64,000 nt of DNA, from positions 2,604,001-2,668,000 of the forward strand of contig NC_058383.1 of NCBI RefSeq assembly GCF_018350175.1, written 5' to 3'. The notes beneath the pieces are model-generated. The model searched no databases, was not told the DNA's origin, and saw only the letters and a list, made by a program, of their open reading frames with translations. Shown here piece after piece: positions 9,822 to 21,479 of the stretch (positions are counted from its first letter, which is position 1; each line of letters begins with the position of its first letter). Made by a program: the position numbers and the translations under genes. Source of the DNA: Felis catus. Lineage: Eukaryota.

Positions 9822-12140
9822 CGTTCATTCCCCCCTCGCACCTGCTTCCCTGAGCTCTCCCAGGCGAGCTGATTATCATCTTCAAGACTACGTGTCGGCA
9901 ACATAAACCATCATCGCCATCACCCTTTATCTCTGCCCCGTCTTTCTTCAAAGTGCCCACCAGGAAAATTAGACAAAACCGTGTAGCTTCGTGTCGGAGC
10001 AAAGGCATTTTTCACGACTCTTCCGAAAGGCACTTTTATCTTGCCACGTTTGATCTTTCCCCGTAATTTGAGAGAATAGAAACCGTAAGGCCGTAAGTAC
10101 CCAGCCAAACTTTAGAAATAATTGCCCCAGATGGATTTCTATCCACAAACATTTAGTTTTCCCAAGTCATAGCTTGTCCGCAGGTGACTTGATTTGGATG
10201 GCTTTAATTTTTACGTTCCAGATTTGTTATTCAGAACGGGTGGAGGGGGAGGGGAGGGGAGAGTTTTCTCTGGAGGGTATTTCTTTCTAAATGTAAGGAA
10301 ATGTTTCTCTGGTTCTGTGTCAGGGAGAGCTAGGGGTGGTGGTGGTAGGAACGTGGGCAGGGCGGTGGCCGACAGCTGGGGAATCTGAGCGTGGCATGAA
10401 ACAGGGACTGGGCAAGGGAAGGAGGTCGATGGAGGGGAAGCCCAGGGTCTAAGTGCAACGTGACAGGTGGCCAGCCTTGCGAGACCCTTTCAGCCTTCAC
10501 GTTCACCCCTGCATCCTGCACTCCACCCTCCCCGTTGAGAAGGAACTCCAGAATTCCCTCTCCCTGTTCACCGACCACGGGTTCTGAACCACAGACATCA
10601 CTCGAATCCTCACCCTGCCTGCCATCTTGTTTTGAATTCTCCCCAGCGTCTGAGCTCATTGATTATGGCTTATTTTTCTGTTTCTGGCCTCGCCTTGCCC
10701 TTTGGACTTGATACTGTGATAGAACCGCACTTTTTTGTCTCGAGCTATCATTGAGTCAGATCAACCTCCCTCCCTGGTTCAATTGAGCCACAGAACTCCC
10801 TCCCTCCGCTCCCGCCGTGGGATTCTCTTCCCTTTCCTAGTACCATGAATGGGACTTAGATGGAGAAACCCCAGGGTGGGAGAGTCCGAATAAATTGCCG
10901 CCACTGTCTCTTTATCCAGGACCTCCTCTCTCTACTCTCGGCCCTTGACAACTTCACGTTTGCTAACGTTAGCATTTCGGAAACCATCTCCCCCACACCC
11001 GCTTTGTGTATCGGCAATCGTTCCTGTTCGGATGGTTTGTGACCCGCCCTCCTTCCACATTTTTTTACAAAGTTCCAGACCAGAACTATGCGCTTTCCAT
11101 TAAAAGCCTATTAAAATGTATCTATTGATGAAAACTGTATGGCTCATCACCAAACACGCCGACTCAAGATAATACATGAAACTTAGGCACATAGCTCATC
11201 AATTTGGAGCTACTGGGACTCCATTTTTCTTTTCCCTTAAGACGTTAAGATCGAATCCCTTATAAAATTGGATATAATCTAAATGCTCAACAACATGGGA
11301 TGGGTAAAGATATGCCCAAGTCCTACTAAACGGTCGTGTTTGCGAAGACTAGTGACTCAGAGAGAGGACGTTGAGTGGAAAAGTGGGGTGAAGACTTATC
11401 TTCTGTGTAAACCCAACTCCACTGTGCCCTGTGGCAGCCTCGGCTGGGACACTGGCGTGCAGGGCCGGGGACCGTCTCTATTTTCCTCCTGGGCGGTGTC
11501 CCAAGTGTGGCCTCCGGTGGGTGGGCACAGGGGAGGAGGGTGGCCAGCAGGAAGTCAGCTGGGGGCAGGGAAAGGCTGCTGCTTCAAGCCAGGGGCTTCA
11601 GGTGGGAAAAAGGCCGTGTGTGCGTGGGCGGGGTGGGGAGGGAGGACGGGGTGGATGGAGGGGTGAGGGAGGCCGGTGGTCTTACAATCACTGCAGTGAG
11701 ATGCAGCCCCGGTAAATCTCTTTAGGTGCTGGTGCTTGAGGCTTATCTTTATTCCTTAAAGCCTATCTTGATTTTTTTAGACATGATTTATACCGAGGGA
11801 CAGAAGAAATAGAATCATGACATGTGCACAATTTACAAGGCTGATTGCATGTACTGTTCATTTACACATGCTATCACGTTCCAAGCACACACGCACACAC
11901 GCACACACACACACTACCACAGACATTTGGGGAGCTAACCCTGGAATCGGAGGTAGGATCCTGGTGTTGCCGTGAGCACGGGGCAGGCCAGAGCGCCCCG
12001 AGGGTTGGCAGATTTTGGATAAACAACACATTTTTTTTTTGTTAGTATAAATATTCTTACTTGTTCTAGCTGGCAACTGTGCCTGGACCTCTGATTTATG
12101 AGAAGAAAAGCTTAGGTTAGGATTTACTACGCCCCCCCTG

Positions 12141-12187
12141 GGAGAGAGAGAGAGAGAGAGACAGAGAGGGAGACAGAGAGGGAGAGA
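12141..12187. repeat. (GA)n microsatellite
   Basis: Direct reading. Confidence 0.9.
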
Positions 12188-12362
12188 TCATCGCTCTCTC
12201 TACCCCCGGAGCACAAAGCCCGGCGGGGACTGCCTTTCTCCGATCATAAAGTTTCTCAGCCAATTTGCTCTCCCATCTCTCCCGAATTTTTTCCCTTTCT
12301 GAGAGAACTCCCTCTCACCGGCTCCTATTTGCCTGGATTTACATATAATGAACCTCTTCGCT

Positions 12363-12376
12363 GTCTCCCTAGCAAC
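12363..12376 (+). promoter_or_regulatory. RFX X-box (predicted)
   Basis: GTCTCCCTAGCAAC compared with the consensus GTTGCCATGGCAAC. Confidence 0.45.
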
Positions 12377-12908
12377 GGGGCCTCTCACCAAACAGCCTCA
12401 GACAGAAACCCGGGCAGAACACCGTTCTAGAAGCAGCTGGCACACTGCCTCCGAACACCTTTTAAACAACATTTAAACAAGCTTTTGGAAGCTCATTTTG
12501 TTCCGTTACATATGAACTTCTCCCTTTTCCCCTTTCGGGGGAGGAAAGGCCCACGGACGTTTTTCTTGTACAGAATAGGAGCTGCTCTTCCTTCACCTCC
12601 GGGTCTCAGTGACCTGGCATGGAGAGAAGTTTCCAGATTGTGTTGAATAGTCACACAAGCCCGGGGCCAAAAAGGACTGAGGGACACTGGGGGGTGATGA
12701 CGTCCACACTTAGGAACAGGAAAGACCAAGGCCCTTTGTTGTGTTCTGCAAACATCGTGCGCTTTGAAAGATTGTGTTTACGAAGTTGCATTTGTTAAGG
12801 AATAATGAATGTTGTAGAGACTAATTATTATTATTAACCAAAGACATACAGCGGGCCGTCAGCACTCCTACCGACCAGCGTTTCCCACTGAGCCGAGAGG
12901 ATTCCCGG

Positions 12909-12938
12909 CCAAGGCCAAGGCCAAGGCCAAGGCCAAGG
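12909..12938 (+). repeat. (CCAAGG)5 hexamer microsatellite
   Basis: Five perfect copies read directly. Confidence 0.95.
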
Positions 12939-12982
12939 CGCTCTGGTGTCTTCCAGCTGAATGCTGCCGTCACTCCCGTGTG

Positions 12983-13071
12983 CACGTCCCTTTCACGTGC
13001 ACGTCACTTCCGCGGAAATACAGCAGCAAAACTGAAGACTCCCTCCCTGCCTGCACGAATGTGGGGGCGGA
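12983..13071. promoter_or_regulatory. E-box, ETS-CRE composite and GC-box cluster (predicted)
   Basis: CACGTG at 12994-12999, ACGTCACTTCCGC at 13001-13013 (GCGGAAGTGACGT on the minus strand), GGGGGCGGAG near 13063. Confidence 0.45.
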
Positions 13072-13689
13072 GCTGAACGTGGGGGGCCCGGTGTCAGTGA
13101 CCCTACAAGAGACACGCTCCGGAAGAAGAACAGGGTGATGGGGGGGAGGGGGGGGGACTCGGAACAATCCCACCAACAAGCCCGCAATTTCGGGACAACG
13201 GAGAGATTACGTTCTACAAGAGCTGATGCCTAGACGCCGGGGTGCAGACCTCAGCTCTGCCACGTAATAGTTTTGTCGCCCTGACCTCGCTGAGCCTCAG
13301 GGATCCCATCTGGAAAATGGGCTGATAAAACTGGGGCCAGTTAGGATGCGTGTGAAGGGAAAATGCAAAGTGCGACGCAAACTGAGGCCGGGTCTCGTTT
13401 TGTCTGCAGCGCCCTCTGGGCTTCGCCCTCACGAGTTACAGCATGGCAGCCAGGCGGTCCTGGGACTAGAAACGTCCTCACGAGAGGCCAGCGTCCCTTC
13501 CAGATACCCTCGCAGAAGAGAGAGCAAAGTTCTTTCGTGGAGCCCTCATCGAACCTGCCCCCAGGGTTCAGGGACGTATCTGAATGCTGGGACCACACTC
13601 AACCAGTCAGGGTCCAGAAGGCGGTTCCAGCTGCTGCCGCCAGGGGGGTCACATGACACGCGCTGCTGGCTTCTGGGCACAAGTGCCAC

Positions 13690-14330
13690 CTGTTCCCCCG
13701 GCTGCCTCCTCCTTCCTCCCGCCGCCCGGGACAGGAACTGCGGGGCGGAAGCCGGTCCCGGCCGTGACGGTGGAAGGCGCCCCCTAAGAATGACGCAGCG
13801 GCAGGGAGGCCCCGGCCAGTCCCCGGCCACCCCCTCCCGCGAGACACGTGGGGCCGCGCAGAGGTGCGGGGAAAGGCGCAGTCTCTGCCGGAGCCGCCGG
13901 CGACGGGCTTCCGCTACGAGCGAGCACAGCTTCTCCTAACGCTAGGCGTTAGGATGAGGAGACCTGGGGAGGCGAACCCTTAACCTGAGGCCCGGATGCA
14001 ATTCAGACAGGCTCCAAAGCCAGTGCTCCCACCCTAAAAAGAAGGGAGGTTCTGGCACGTGCGACGACACGGATGAACCTCGCTCATGCTTTGCTCGGTG
14101 GAAGAAGCCAGTCCCCGGAGGACGGAGGCTGCGCGATCCCACGTCTGCGGGGTCCCTGGCGTCGTCACGTTCCCAGAGACAGAAAGCGGGTGGCGGGGGG
14201 GGGGGGGGAGTGGGGAGCGGGTGTTCAGTGGGGACAGAGTCTCAGTTTGGGGACACGAAAAACTCCCGGATGGGGACGGTGGCTGCCCAGCAGTGTGAAC
14301 GCACCCAGTGCCACTGAACCGCGCACTTAA
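13690..14330. promoter_or_regulatory. CpG-island-like segment
   Basis: Visibly dense CpG and high GC over more than 600 bp, with a GC box/ETS motif ggggcggaag near 13742. CpG observed/expected not computed. Confidence 0.6.
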
Positions 14331-14388
14331 AAACGGCAAAAAATGGTAGAATGTATGCCGTGTGTATTTTACCCCAGTAGGAAAAAAT
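14031..14388 (+). mobile_element. L1MB-like 3' end, strongly GC-shifted
   Basis: Colinear with the recalled L1MB 3'UTR (taaaaagaagg..ggatgaacct..aagccagtc..cagagacagaaag..gccactgaac..cacttaaaaa..tattttac). Confidence 0.8.
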
Positions 14389-14425
14389 TCAGTGCGGGGA
14401 AAATCCTACTCAGACAAAACAAAAC

Positions 14426-14620
14426 GGGCGCCTGGGTGGCTCAGTCGGTCGAGCATCTGACTCTAGATCTCGGCTCAGGGCCTGATCTCACAGTTTGTGA
14501 GTTGGCGCCCCGCATCGGGCTGACAGCACGGAGCCTGCTTGGGATGCTCTCTCTCTGCCCCTCCCCTGCTTGCACACTCTCTGGGAAGATAAGTCAACAG
14601 ACTTAAAAAAATAAACAGTA
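14426..14620 (+). mobile_element. Can-SINE
   Basis: gggcgcctgggtggctcagtcgg head, CT tract and A tail. Confidence 0.92.
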
Positions 14621-15984
14621 AAAACGATGCTCCCTCTCACACCTGCCTTGTACAAACTAGGAGCATTTTGTGCTTTTTTTCTTCAAGAGATTCTGAGCTC
14701 CCCGTTTCCACGGCCCCCGCCCCCCGCCCCCCAGGTCCTCTGGGTTCTCGTCAGCATCCAGGATGGTGGCTGAGTCGCGCTGAAGCGGCTTCTGCTGCCG
14801 GGGCCGCCACCGCTCTGCCTACAGCAAGGACTAGAGACGGGCAAGACCCTGTCACAGCTCTCAAGACAGAGGCTGAATTTCTAGTGTCTCGGGAAGTGGA
14901 GCCGGGGGGGCCCGAGTCGGACCCTCAGCAGCTCCGAACCGAGAGGACCAGGGATACCGTTTCTCCGGGAACGAAACATTTCCAGAGCGCATACATTAAC
15001 ATTCAAGACTCCCCGAGAATATTCAAAGTGTCACGGAGGTCCCGATTTGGGGAGAGGCTGTCCCTTTCCCTAAGTGAAAATGTCACTGCTCTGCCTCCTG
15101 AGCGAGGCTCCCAGCTCCCAGCTGCTCTACCCCAGGATCACTGAGGCATCTTAATTAGGTTAAAGCGTTTATACAGCTTTCCTTCCCCACGTTCCTCGGT
15201 CATCTCTCTGGGTATTTCACTGTGCGAGGGTTCAAGTTACGAGTCACTGCTTCCCTTCCTGAGGGGCCCTCACAGAAGGGCGAAAAGTGTCCATCTTGCC
15301 TTCGGATGCTTAAAGCAGATCTCTGGAGCCCGAGGACGTGTGGGGAAAGAGCGCAAGGTTCATTTGGGCCGGTGGTTCTCCGTCCCGGCAGCCCCTCCGG
15401 GTATCTTGGGGACCTTTGGCAAACGCAGATGCTACCCCCCCCCCCAAACCAATGAAATGACAAGCTCTCGGGTGGAGCCCCGGGCTCAGGAGCTTTCCGG
15501 GGTGATTCCAGCCCCACTGAAAACCCGTGCTCCGGGAGGCTTTCTCCCGTGTGTGCGGTCCGTGGGCCAGCAGCAGCATCTGGGAGCCAGGCAGGGGGAC
15601 GACCTCGGGCCCCGCTCCTGGGCCCCCCGGGATCACCCGACTCAGAATCGACATGTGAGCAAAGTTCTCACCGGACCCACGTGCACGAGACTCCGGGAAG
15701 CCTCAGGAGGACCGCCGTCAGGAGGGATCTTGACTGTTGCTGGCGACCTCGAGCCTCACCGCCCTCAACTCTAGGTGTTTGCTCCCCAACTTCTCCCACG
15801 TCTGGGCGGGACGGGGGCCAGTGATACTGGCCGTCCCAGGGTGGAGTGCGGTGCCCGGGCGTCAAGGGTGACTCCTTCACCGTGACGTGACACGGAAGGG
15901 TTGAACGTATACAGAGCTGGGGTCCATTCCAGCACGTAGCACCGCCTCTCTGGCCGGCTGATGCCAAGATCGTAGTCATTAGTA

Positions 15985-16140
15985 ATAGTCACATTTATTG
16001 ATAACCTACTACGTGGCGGGCACTTGGCGTGTAGTCCTTCCTTAACAGGGAAGTCAGCATCATTGTCCCCGATTTGTAGATGAGCTAACAGAGGCTCAGA
16101 GAAGGAAGGCACTTGCCCAACAAGTTCATGCAGCTGGCAT
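15985..16140 (-). mobile_element. MIR remnant
   Basis: catttattgataacctacta...cccgatttgtagatgagctaacagaggctcagaga...acttgccca. Confidence 0.7.
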
Positions 16141-16289
16141 CGCAGGGGCGGCCAGGGGCTGGTTCCCCGTCGCCCCCACTGCGTTTAGAAGCCTACCGGT
16201 AGGAGGTAGGGATGAACGGGGGAAGGGAAGCGGCCGAGGAAGTGAGGGAGGCTGGAGGGGGCGGGACTGTGCAGAGCAGGGGGCCCGGA

Positions 16290-16770
16290 TGAAGTAGAAA
16301 AAAATATGGTTGGGGCTCCGGGTTCCGACGGATAGAACCGCAACACGCGCCGATGGAATTGCAGAGAGGAATCTGCGGACTCAGCTGAAATGTCTAGGAG
16401 CAGCTGGGCCTCAAGACATAACGTCTTTCTCTCTTTCTCTCCACCTCTCAGACCCGCTTTCCTCTGGGACCACGTCGCTCCCAGGCAGGCTCTGCCTCAT
16501 GGTGGAAAAAGCGTTGTCTGACCGTGTCCGTCCTACATCGTCTGCTTTGCGGTCTGCAGCTGGAACTTCCCAGAAATCACCCCGACCCTTCGGGTTGACA
16601 GTGGTTGGCCGGGCCCTGGTCATCTCCTCCCTGCAGGCAGCAGTGGGACACCACGGGGCCCTAGAAAGCCGGAGGGTGGTTCTCCCAAGGAGATCAGGGC
16701 ACTGTTACAGGAGGTGGAGAGAGAGGCAGGCACAGGGAATGACTGGCTCCACCGGATCTCCCATTCTGCC
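16290..16770 (-). mobile_element. Old MLT1J/K-like MaLR LTR
   Basis: ctcagacccgctttcctctggg...ccaggcaggctctgcctcatggtgg resembles reverse MLT1J/K. Confidence 0.4.
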
Positions 16771-17996
16771 CCCCCCGCCCCAGACCGACCTTCTGCCCTC
16801 CTCTCTGCTGGGAGACTGATTTCTATGGACTGTGTCACCAGATCTCCCTTCTCTGCCTTTTTTTTTTTTTTTACAGCTTTATTAAGGTATAATTTGCATG
16901 CCCTAAACGTGTACAACTCAGTGATTCTTAGTAATTTAATAGCATCATGAATCCATCACAATCCTGTTTCCAAACATTTCCACTATCCCTCCTTCCCCCG
17001 CGCTCCCAAGTTTATTCCAGCCTGTTTGCTGTAGCTCCAGACGAAATCCAGAATTTGCCTCTTCTGGACACGTCCTGTAATGGAATCATACAACACACAG
17101 TCTTTCAGGTCTGGCTTCTTTGGCTTCATGTGATGTTTCTGAGGTTCAGCCCTATTGCAGCCAATGTCCGTATTTTGTTTCTTTTTATTCTGCAGGGCAG
17201 TCTGTTGGGTAGACACGCCACATTTGGTTTATCTCTGCACCAGTTGACGGACATCTGGGCCGCGTGCAATTTGGGGCTGTTTATGAATAAAGCTGTAATG
17301 CACATTCGTGTCTAAGTCTCCATGTAATTCTCTTGAGCGGGTTCTGAGGACTGGAATTGCTGTATCACACGCTAAATTTATGTTCAACTTTTAAGGAAAC
17401 TGTCAAACTATTTTCCAAAGCTTCTGTATCATTTCACAGTCTCGCGAATGAGAGTTCCAATTTTTTTCTACATCCTCGTCTATACTTGGGATTGTCTGCT
17501 TCAAAAAAAAATTATAGCCATTTATTAGGTATAGGGTAGTGGTATCTCATTATGGTTTCAATTTGGGTTTCCCTGGTGACTAATAATGTTGAGTGCCTTC
17601 TCATGGGCTGATTAGTATGTCGTCTTTAGTGAAATGCCATTCAAGTCTTGGCTCATTTTTAATTTGGCTAAATTCTCTCTTTCTTATTGAGTTGCAAGAG
17701 TTCTTTGTATTTTTTTGGATACAGTTCTTCATCAGATATGTGATTGGCAAATATTTTCTCCCAGACAGGGGCGTGTCTTTCATTTTTCCACTGGTGTCCT
17801 TTGAAGTGCAAAAGTTTTTAATTTTAATGATGTCCCATTGGTCAGTTGGCTCATGCTTTTGGTGTCAGGTCTAAAAACTCTTTGACACGAAGTCTTGAAG
17901 ATTTTCTCCTATGAGCTCTAGAAGTTTTACCATTGTAATTCCTACATTTAGGTCTATGGTCCATTTTGAATTCATATTCCATTTTGAATTCATATT

Positions 17997-18160
17997 TATT
18001 TATTTATTTTTATTATTATTTTTAACATTTATTTTTGAGAGAGAGAGAGAGAGAGAGACAGAGATGAGTGGGGGAGGGGCAGAGAGAGAGGGACACAGAA
18101 TCGGAAGCAGGCTCTGGGCTCCGAGCTGTCAGCACAGAGCTCAATGCAGGGCTTGAACCC
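17997..18160 (-). mobile_element. 5'-truncated Can-SINE inside L1
   Basis: SINE tail and body end abruptly at gggcttgaaccc. Confidence 0.9.
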
Positions 18161-18723
18161 ATTGTCCTTTTCCCTATTGAATTGTCTTGGCATCTTTGTC
18201 GAAAATCAATTGACCGTAGTTGTAAGGGTTTATTTCTGGAGTCTCACTTCTGTTCCATTGGTCAATAAGCCAATCCTTCTTCCAATACCACACTCTCTCC
18301 GTGACGTAGCTTTATAGTAAGTTCTGAAATTGGGCCGTATAAGTGCCCAATACATTTTAGGACCAGCTTGTCAGTTCTGCTGGTGTTTTAACTGGTATTG
18401 TGTTGAATCTACAGATCAATTTGAGGAGATTGACATGTTACATCTATGGTAAATCTTCTATTCCATGACTAGGGAGCAAGTCTCCACTTTTTAACATTTT
18501 TGTTCATTTTTCTCAGTAATGTTTTACAGTTTTAAGTGTATAAACTTCACATTTTTTTTGTTAAATTTGTTCAAAATATTGTATTCTTTTTGATGCTATT
18601 GCAAATGAGCCTTAAAAAATTTCATTACCAAATTGTTCATTACTGACTTAGAAAAATACAATTTATTTTCGTACATCAATCTTTTATCCTGTACCCTTGC
18701 TAAATTTACTTGCTCTTAGAAGG

Positions 18724-18724
<1 letters not shown>

Positions 18725-18761
<37 letters not shown>
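18725..18761. repeat. (TG)n microsatellite
   Basis: Direct reading. Confidence 0.95.
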
Positions 18762-18762
<1 letters not shown>

Positions 18763-19299
18763 GATTCTCTAGGATTTTCTACATACAGAATGATGCCATC
18801 TGTGAATGAAAAGTCTTACTTCTTTCTTTCAAATCTGAGTGCTTTTAATGGTTTTTTTCTTTCGCCTTATTTCACCAGCTAGACTCTTCAGTGCTGTGCC
18901 GAACAGAGGGTGACAATGGACATCCCTACCTCATCCCCGATCTTGGCAGAAAGCATTCTGATCTTTTCCCATGAAGTGGGACATTAATCGTGATTTCTTG
19001 TGCTTCAACAGGTTGAGAGAATTCCCTTACATTCCTATTTTGTTGATGTTTTTTCTTCACGAATAGGTGTTGGGTTTGTCAATTGCTTTCCTTGTGTCTA
19101 CTGAGACGATTCACCATCTGGGGGTGCCATCTGTTTCCTGCTAGGACCCTGACTGATGGCAAATGCTCACTGCACGATGAAACGTAAATCATGGGGTTCC
19201 CTCTTCCTGCATCGATGGATCAGTGCACCGACTTGGTGCCTCTTATCCCAGTTTTTTGGCTTCAACAGATTTGGTTTTAAAATATATCCAAAAACTGTG

Positions 19300-19740
19300 G
19301 GATGCTCCCAGTGTCAAAGGGGAGGCCTGATTTCCCTCCCTGGGTGTGGACTGGACTTAGTGACACACTTCAGATGAATCGAGTACGGAGAAGGGCTGGT
19401 GGGTGGTTTCCGAGACTAGGTCATAAAAGGCATTGTGACTTCTGCCTTGTTCTCTCTCCTGGATCACTCCCTCTGCAGGATGCCAAATGCTGTGTTATGC
19501 CATCACCGGGGCAGCCCTACAGAGCGAGCCTTGGGTGGGCTGTTTGGGAAGGGGAGCCCCAAGCTTTTGGATGACCGCAACCCCAACCAACACCTGACCG
19601 CAAACTCATGAGACACCTGCAGTCAGAACCCCCTAGCTGAGTTGCTCCCAAATTCCTGAACCCCAAAGCTGAAAAGTAATAAGTGATTATTCTTTTAAGC
19701 CACGGTGTGTTGGATTTGCCCTGTAGCAAATGAAAATACA
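19300..19740 (+). mobile_element. MLT1 (MaLR) LTR
   Basis: ttccgagactaggtcataaaaggcattgtgacttctgcctt...gagacacctgcagtcagaaccccctagctgagttgctcccaaattcctgaac...ttttaagccac; ends aataca. Confidence 0.75.
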
Positions 19741-21479
19741 AGAGACATTGCCACTTTCTCTCGGGGTATGTTAAACCCTACAATGATGGAGGTGGGGTGA
19801 AGAAACAGAGATTTCTGGACCAGGGGCAGGTGTAGAGGTTAGGTCCCATAAGGACGCATTATTCCGGGAGTATCTCTGGTTTCCGAATTTCCACTCAATG
19901 ACATCTAGCATCCTGTCCATCCCAACATGTCAGGTCTTTGATAAAGTGTGTTCTTCTAAGAAAGGAACCCAGGGTCATGGCCTCCCAAGACTGACGTGCT
20001 GAGCAGGTAACCTGACGCTGACACGTGAGGCCGCCCACATTCGGCCCCCACCCGGTGTTCTTTCTAGAACGCCAGACAGCAGGGACACGCACACTCTGCA
20101 TTTTGATCACCTGCGGGTGGATGGGCTGTTTTCTAATGAGATTCTCTGCCCGGCCCCTTCTGCTGGAAGTTTCACCCGGGAGGAAAGATCTGAAGCACTG
20201 TGTCAAAGGTTATAAAAGCATTTACACAGCAAGTGAAGTCTTGCTTAACAATTGGCACTAAAAACAAAAAAAAAACAAAAAAAAAAAGAGGAAGAAGAAG
20301 GAGACGAAGGAGAAGGAACTATCTGCCTCAGGCTGGGGCCCTGCACCTTAGCATTTGTGTAAAGTGAAAATAAATCCCTCTTTTCTGGGAAGCAGAAGGT
20401 TCCTATTCACCTCTGTTCGTGTACAATTAGATACTTTCTCATCTTCCTTGCAAGTAGAAGTTGGTTTATCGTCCTAAGAGATAGGAAACTCTTAAGTAGC
20501 CTTGTGTATGTGTCAGAACATTCCAGACACAAAGGACAGAACCCCAATCCAACCTTACGTAGCCTGAGCAAAACAGGTAACTTTCTTGTCTGACCGAACC
20601 AGAAAAGCAGGCAAGAATTTACCCAAACAAAGGGGATTCGAACGACATCTTTTATCTTGTTTCCTCTTCTCTCAAATTAATTGCCTTCATTCTCTCCCGA
20701 CACAGCTGGACCCACGGCCAGACGGATGTCCCCCAAACATGACCTCCTGTCTCATACATCCAGCTCTCTGCCTGATGTCGCCATTGGCATGCCTGGCGGG
20801 GCTCGAACACTAAGTAGCCTGAAACTCGGCTCCTGATTTGCTCCTGCGGCTTGTGCTTCGTCCTCCAGGGTTTCCCTGTCAGGGTAGATGGCACCGGCCG
20901 CCAGCCGCACACGCCGGAAACCTCTCTGACCTCTGCCTCCCTCATCCCCTCAAGGTCAATCAGTAAGTACTCTAGCCTCCCCGCCCCCACACCTCCCCGT
21001 CCCACTTCCTAGTCAGAGCCGTCCTCCCTCCAGGGGGGTTACAGTAATTGCCTTCTAATGGATTCATCCCCAACGGTTCTTACTCCCTCTGACTCATTCT
21101 GCATTATGGTCACCCTAGAGATCCTTAAAAAACACAGATTGGACTGTCAGTCCCCCGCTCTGTACCCTTCAAGCACTACTGGGATAACACCCCAAATCTT
21201 TACAAGAGCGTGATCCTACCCCGCCTGTCTCCCCTCCCTCACCTGGAGCCGCTTTCCTCTTTCCTCCAGCCCACGGTCCTTCCCACCCCATGGCCTTGGC
21301 ACATACTGGGTCCTCTACCCAGACGTTCCATTCTGTTTCATTCCCGACTTAGTTCCCACGCACACCTCAGAGGTGGTGTGTGGGGTTTAAATTAAGTTCA
21401 CGAATTCTTTGACGTTCCTCCTTCCCAAATGGAGCGCAATTGTCCCCTGTTTTGATGAACATGGCAGAAGAGACCAGGG

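Larger units (their letters stand above)
16858..19130 (-). mobile_element. L1M (L1MB/MC-like) 3' portion including degenerate ORF2
   Basis: PolyT start, then acagctttattaaggtataatt, gtggtatctcattatggtttcaattt, gtgattggcaaatattttctccc, gaatctacagatcaatttgaggag. These are standard reverse L1 motifs. No intact ORF. Confidence 0.85.

Noticed and set aside
13346..13939. 197 aa ORF over the CpG island
   Set aside because: Non-ATG start, Arg/Gly/Pro/Ser composition typical of GC-rich non-coding DNA, and no similarity I recognise.
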